Program-made: the position numbers and the translations under genes
From: an uncultured Caulobacteraceae bacterium
Lineage (GTDB): Bacteria > Pseudomonadota > Alphaproteobacteria > Caulobacterales > Caulobacteraceae
Assembly: GCA_964242255.1 (NCBI GenBank)
Contig: CAXTCO010000001.1
Coordinates: 8,539-72,538 of the forward strand
Direction of reading: 5' to 3'
Length of the DNA stretch: 64,000 nt
Shown: positions 63,588 to 64,000 of the stretch, piece by piece
How the letters are laid out: each line of letters opens with the position of its first letter
Numbering within the stretch: position 1 is the first letter of the stretch
The notes under the pieces: generated by a model
What the model saw: the letters and a program-made list of their open reading frames with translations, nothing else
The model's database searches: none
Told to the model about the DNA's origin: nothing

Positions 63588-63883
63588 TGCCCACCGCCCG
63601 CCCGAAGCCGCAGTTCACCCCGCGCCAGGTCGACCAGCTGGCGCAGCTGCTCGCCGCCGGCGCCCTGAGCCACGAGGACGCCAAGCACCAGTTCGATGCC
63701 GGGATGAGCGGCTGCAGCCCGCTGGTGCTGGGCAAGCTGCGCGACATGGACTTGGCCGACAGCCGCGTCATGCGCCCGCGCGGCGGTTCGCAGGTCACGG
63801 CCTACTGGCTGACGCCGGCGGGCGCGCGGACCGCGCGCAGGCTCGCCGGATCACCCCCCCCCCCCCGGAGGGCGGTTCGATGA
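63587..63883 (+). CDS. Hypothetical phage protein, apparently truncated after a C13 tract
   Basis: 98 aa ending GSPPPPRRAVR. The frame reached by removing one C has strong codon bias and ends at 63932 in a GTGA overlap with the next gene. Confidence 0.5.
   Translation: MPTARPKPQFTPRQVDQLAQLLAAGALSHEDAKHQFDAGMSGCSPLVLGKLRDMDLADSRVMRPRGGSQVTAYWLTPAGARTARRLAGSPPPPRRAVR
63854..63866 (+). repeat. Poly(C) tract, 13 nt
   Basis: Counted directly in the sequence. Confidence 0.95.
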
Positions 63884-63928
63884 CGCGCCCTGGCCCCAGC
63901 TCGAGCTCTTCCCGGAGCTGAACGCTGC

Positions 63929-64000
63929 GTGACGTCCGTCCTCGCCCCGAGTCCACCAGCCGACCTCGCGCCCGCCGCGGTCCCGGCCGGCGCGTGGCGG
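63929..64000 (+). CDS. 5' end of a further phage gene running off the window
   Basis: GTG 63929, then 23 codons with strong third-position GC (VTSVLAPSPPADLAPAAVPAGAWR). Open at the window edge. Confidence 0.4.
   Translation, partial: MTSVLAPSPPADLAPAAVPAGAWR

Larger units (their letters stand above)
24072..64000. mobile_element. Temperate siphovirus-type prophage (HK97-type head, RcGTA-like tail set); right end lies beyond the window
   Basis: Contiguous phage modules: lysis, tail, head, packaging, recombinase, HTH switch, early operon. They start right next to the tRNA fragment. No second copy of the tRNA fragment was seen in the window. Confidence 0.85.

Overview
High-GC, alphaproteobacterial-type chromosome segment in two parts.

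(1) 1 to ~24.0 kb is a conserved core block, almost all on the minus strand. It holds lolC/E (partial), proS, DUF1467, methylmalonyl-CoA epimerase, RNase J, coaX, birA and a complete 14-gene NADH:quinone oxidoreductase operon (nuoA-N). Two non-nuo inserts sit inside that operon: a DUF433/PIN-like toxin-antitoxin-type pair between nuoF and nuoG, and a small membrane ORF between nuoD and nuoE. Then come tRNA-Asp(GTC), a GT1 glycosyltransferase and a cupin.

(2) From ~24.07 kb to beyond the window end is a temperate siphovirus-type prophage. It starts directly beside a 45-nt 3' fragment of a tRNA-Val(TAC)-like gene.
- Reading leftward on the minus strand from 57.7 kb: HTH switch gene, winged-helix and hypothetical early genes, a Xer-like tyrosine recombinase, HNH, TerS, TerL, portal, S49 protease and HK97-type capsid.
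- Next come head-tail joining genes, major tail, frameshifted tail chaperone, tape measure and an RcGTA-like distal tail set, including a 2061-aa host-specificity/fibre protein.
- The arm ends with a lysis region (SleB-type hydrolase plus a class-3 lipase), two lipoproteins and an orphan Dam methylase.
- A rightward operon (57.8 to >64 kb) encodes a second HTH protein, a GapR/DUF2312 homologue, a LuxR-type HTH, a J-domain fusion and many small coupled ORFs.

Most noteworthy observations:
- Three C12-C14 homopolymer tracts confined to 2.7 kb of the rightward operon. One truncates a CDS that a 1-nt contraction would restore.
- Frame discontinuities nearby.
- Four GGTTCC-N7-GGAACC operator-like palindromes.
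- Helically phased TTATGTTCC repeats upstream of the recombinase.
- A four-module repeat array in the fibre gene, plus a 52-bp near-copy of its linker in a distant small ORF.
- The lipase in the lysis cassette.

No rRNA, CRISPR array or transposase was seen. All functional calls rest on motifs and synteny recognised by eye. No database search was run.
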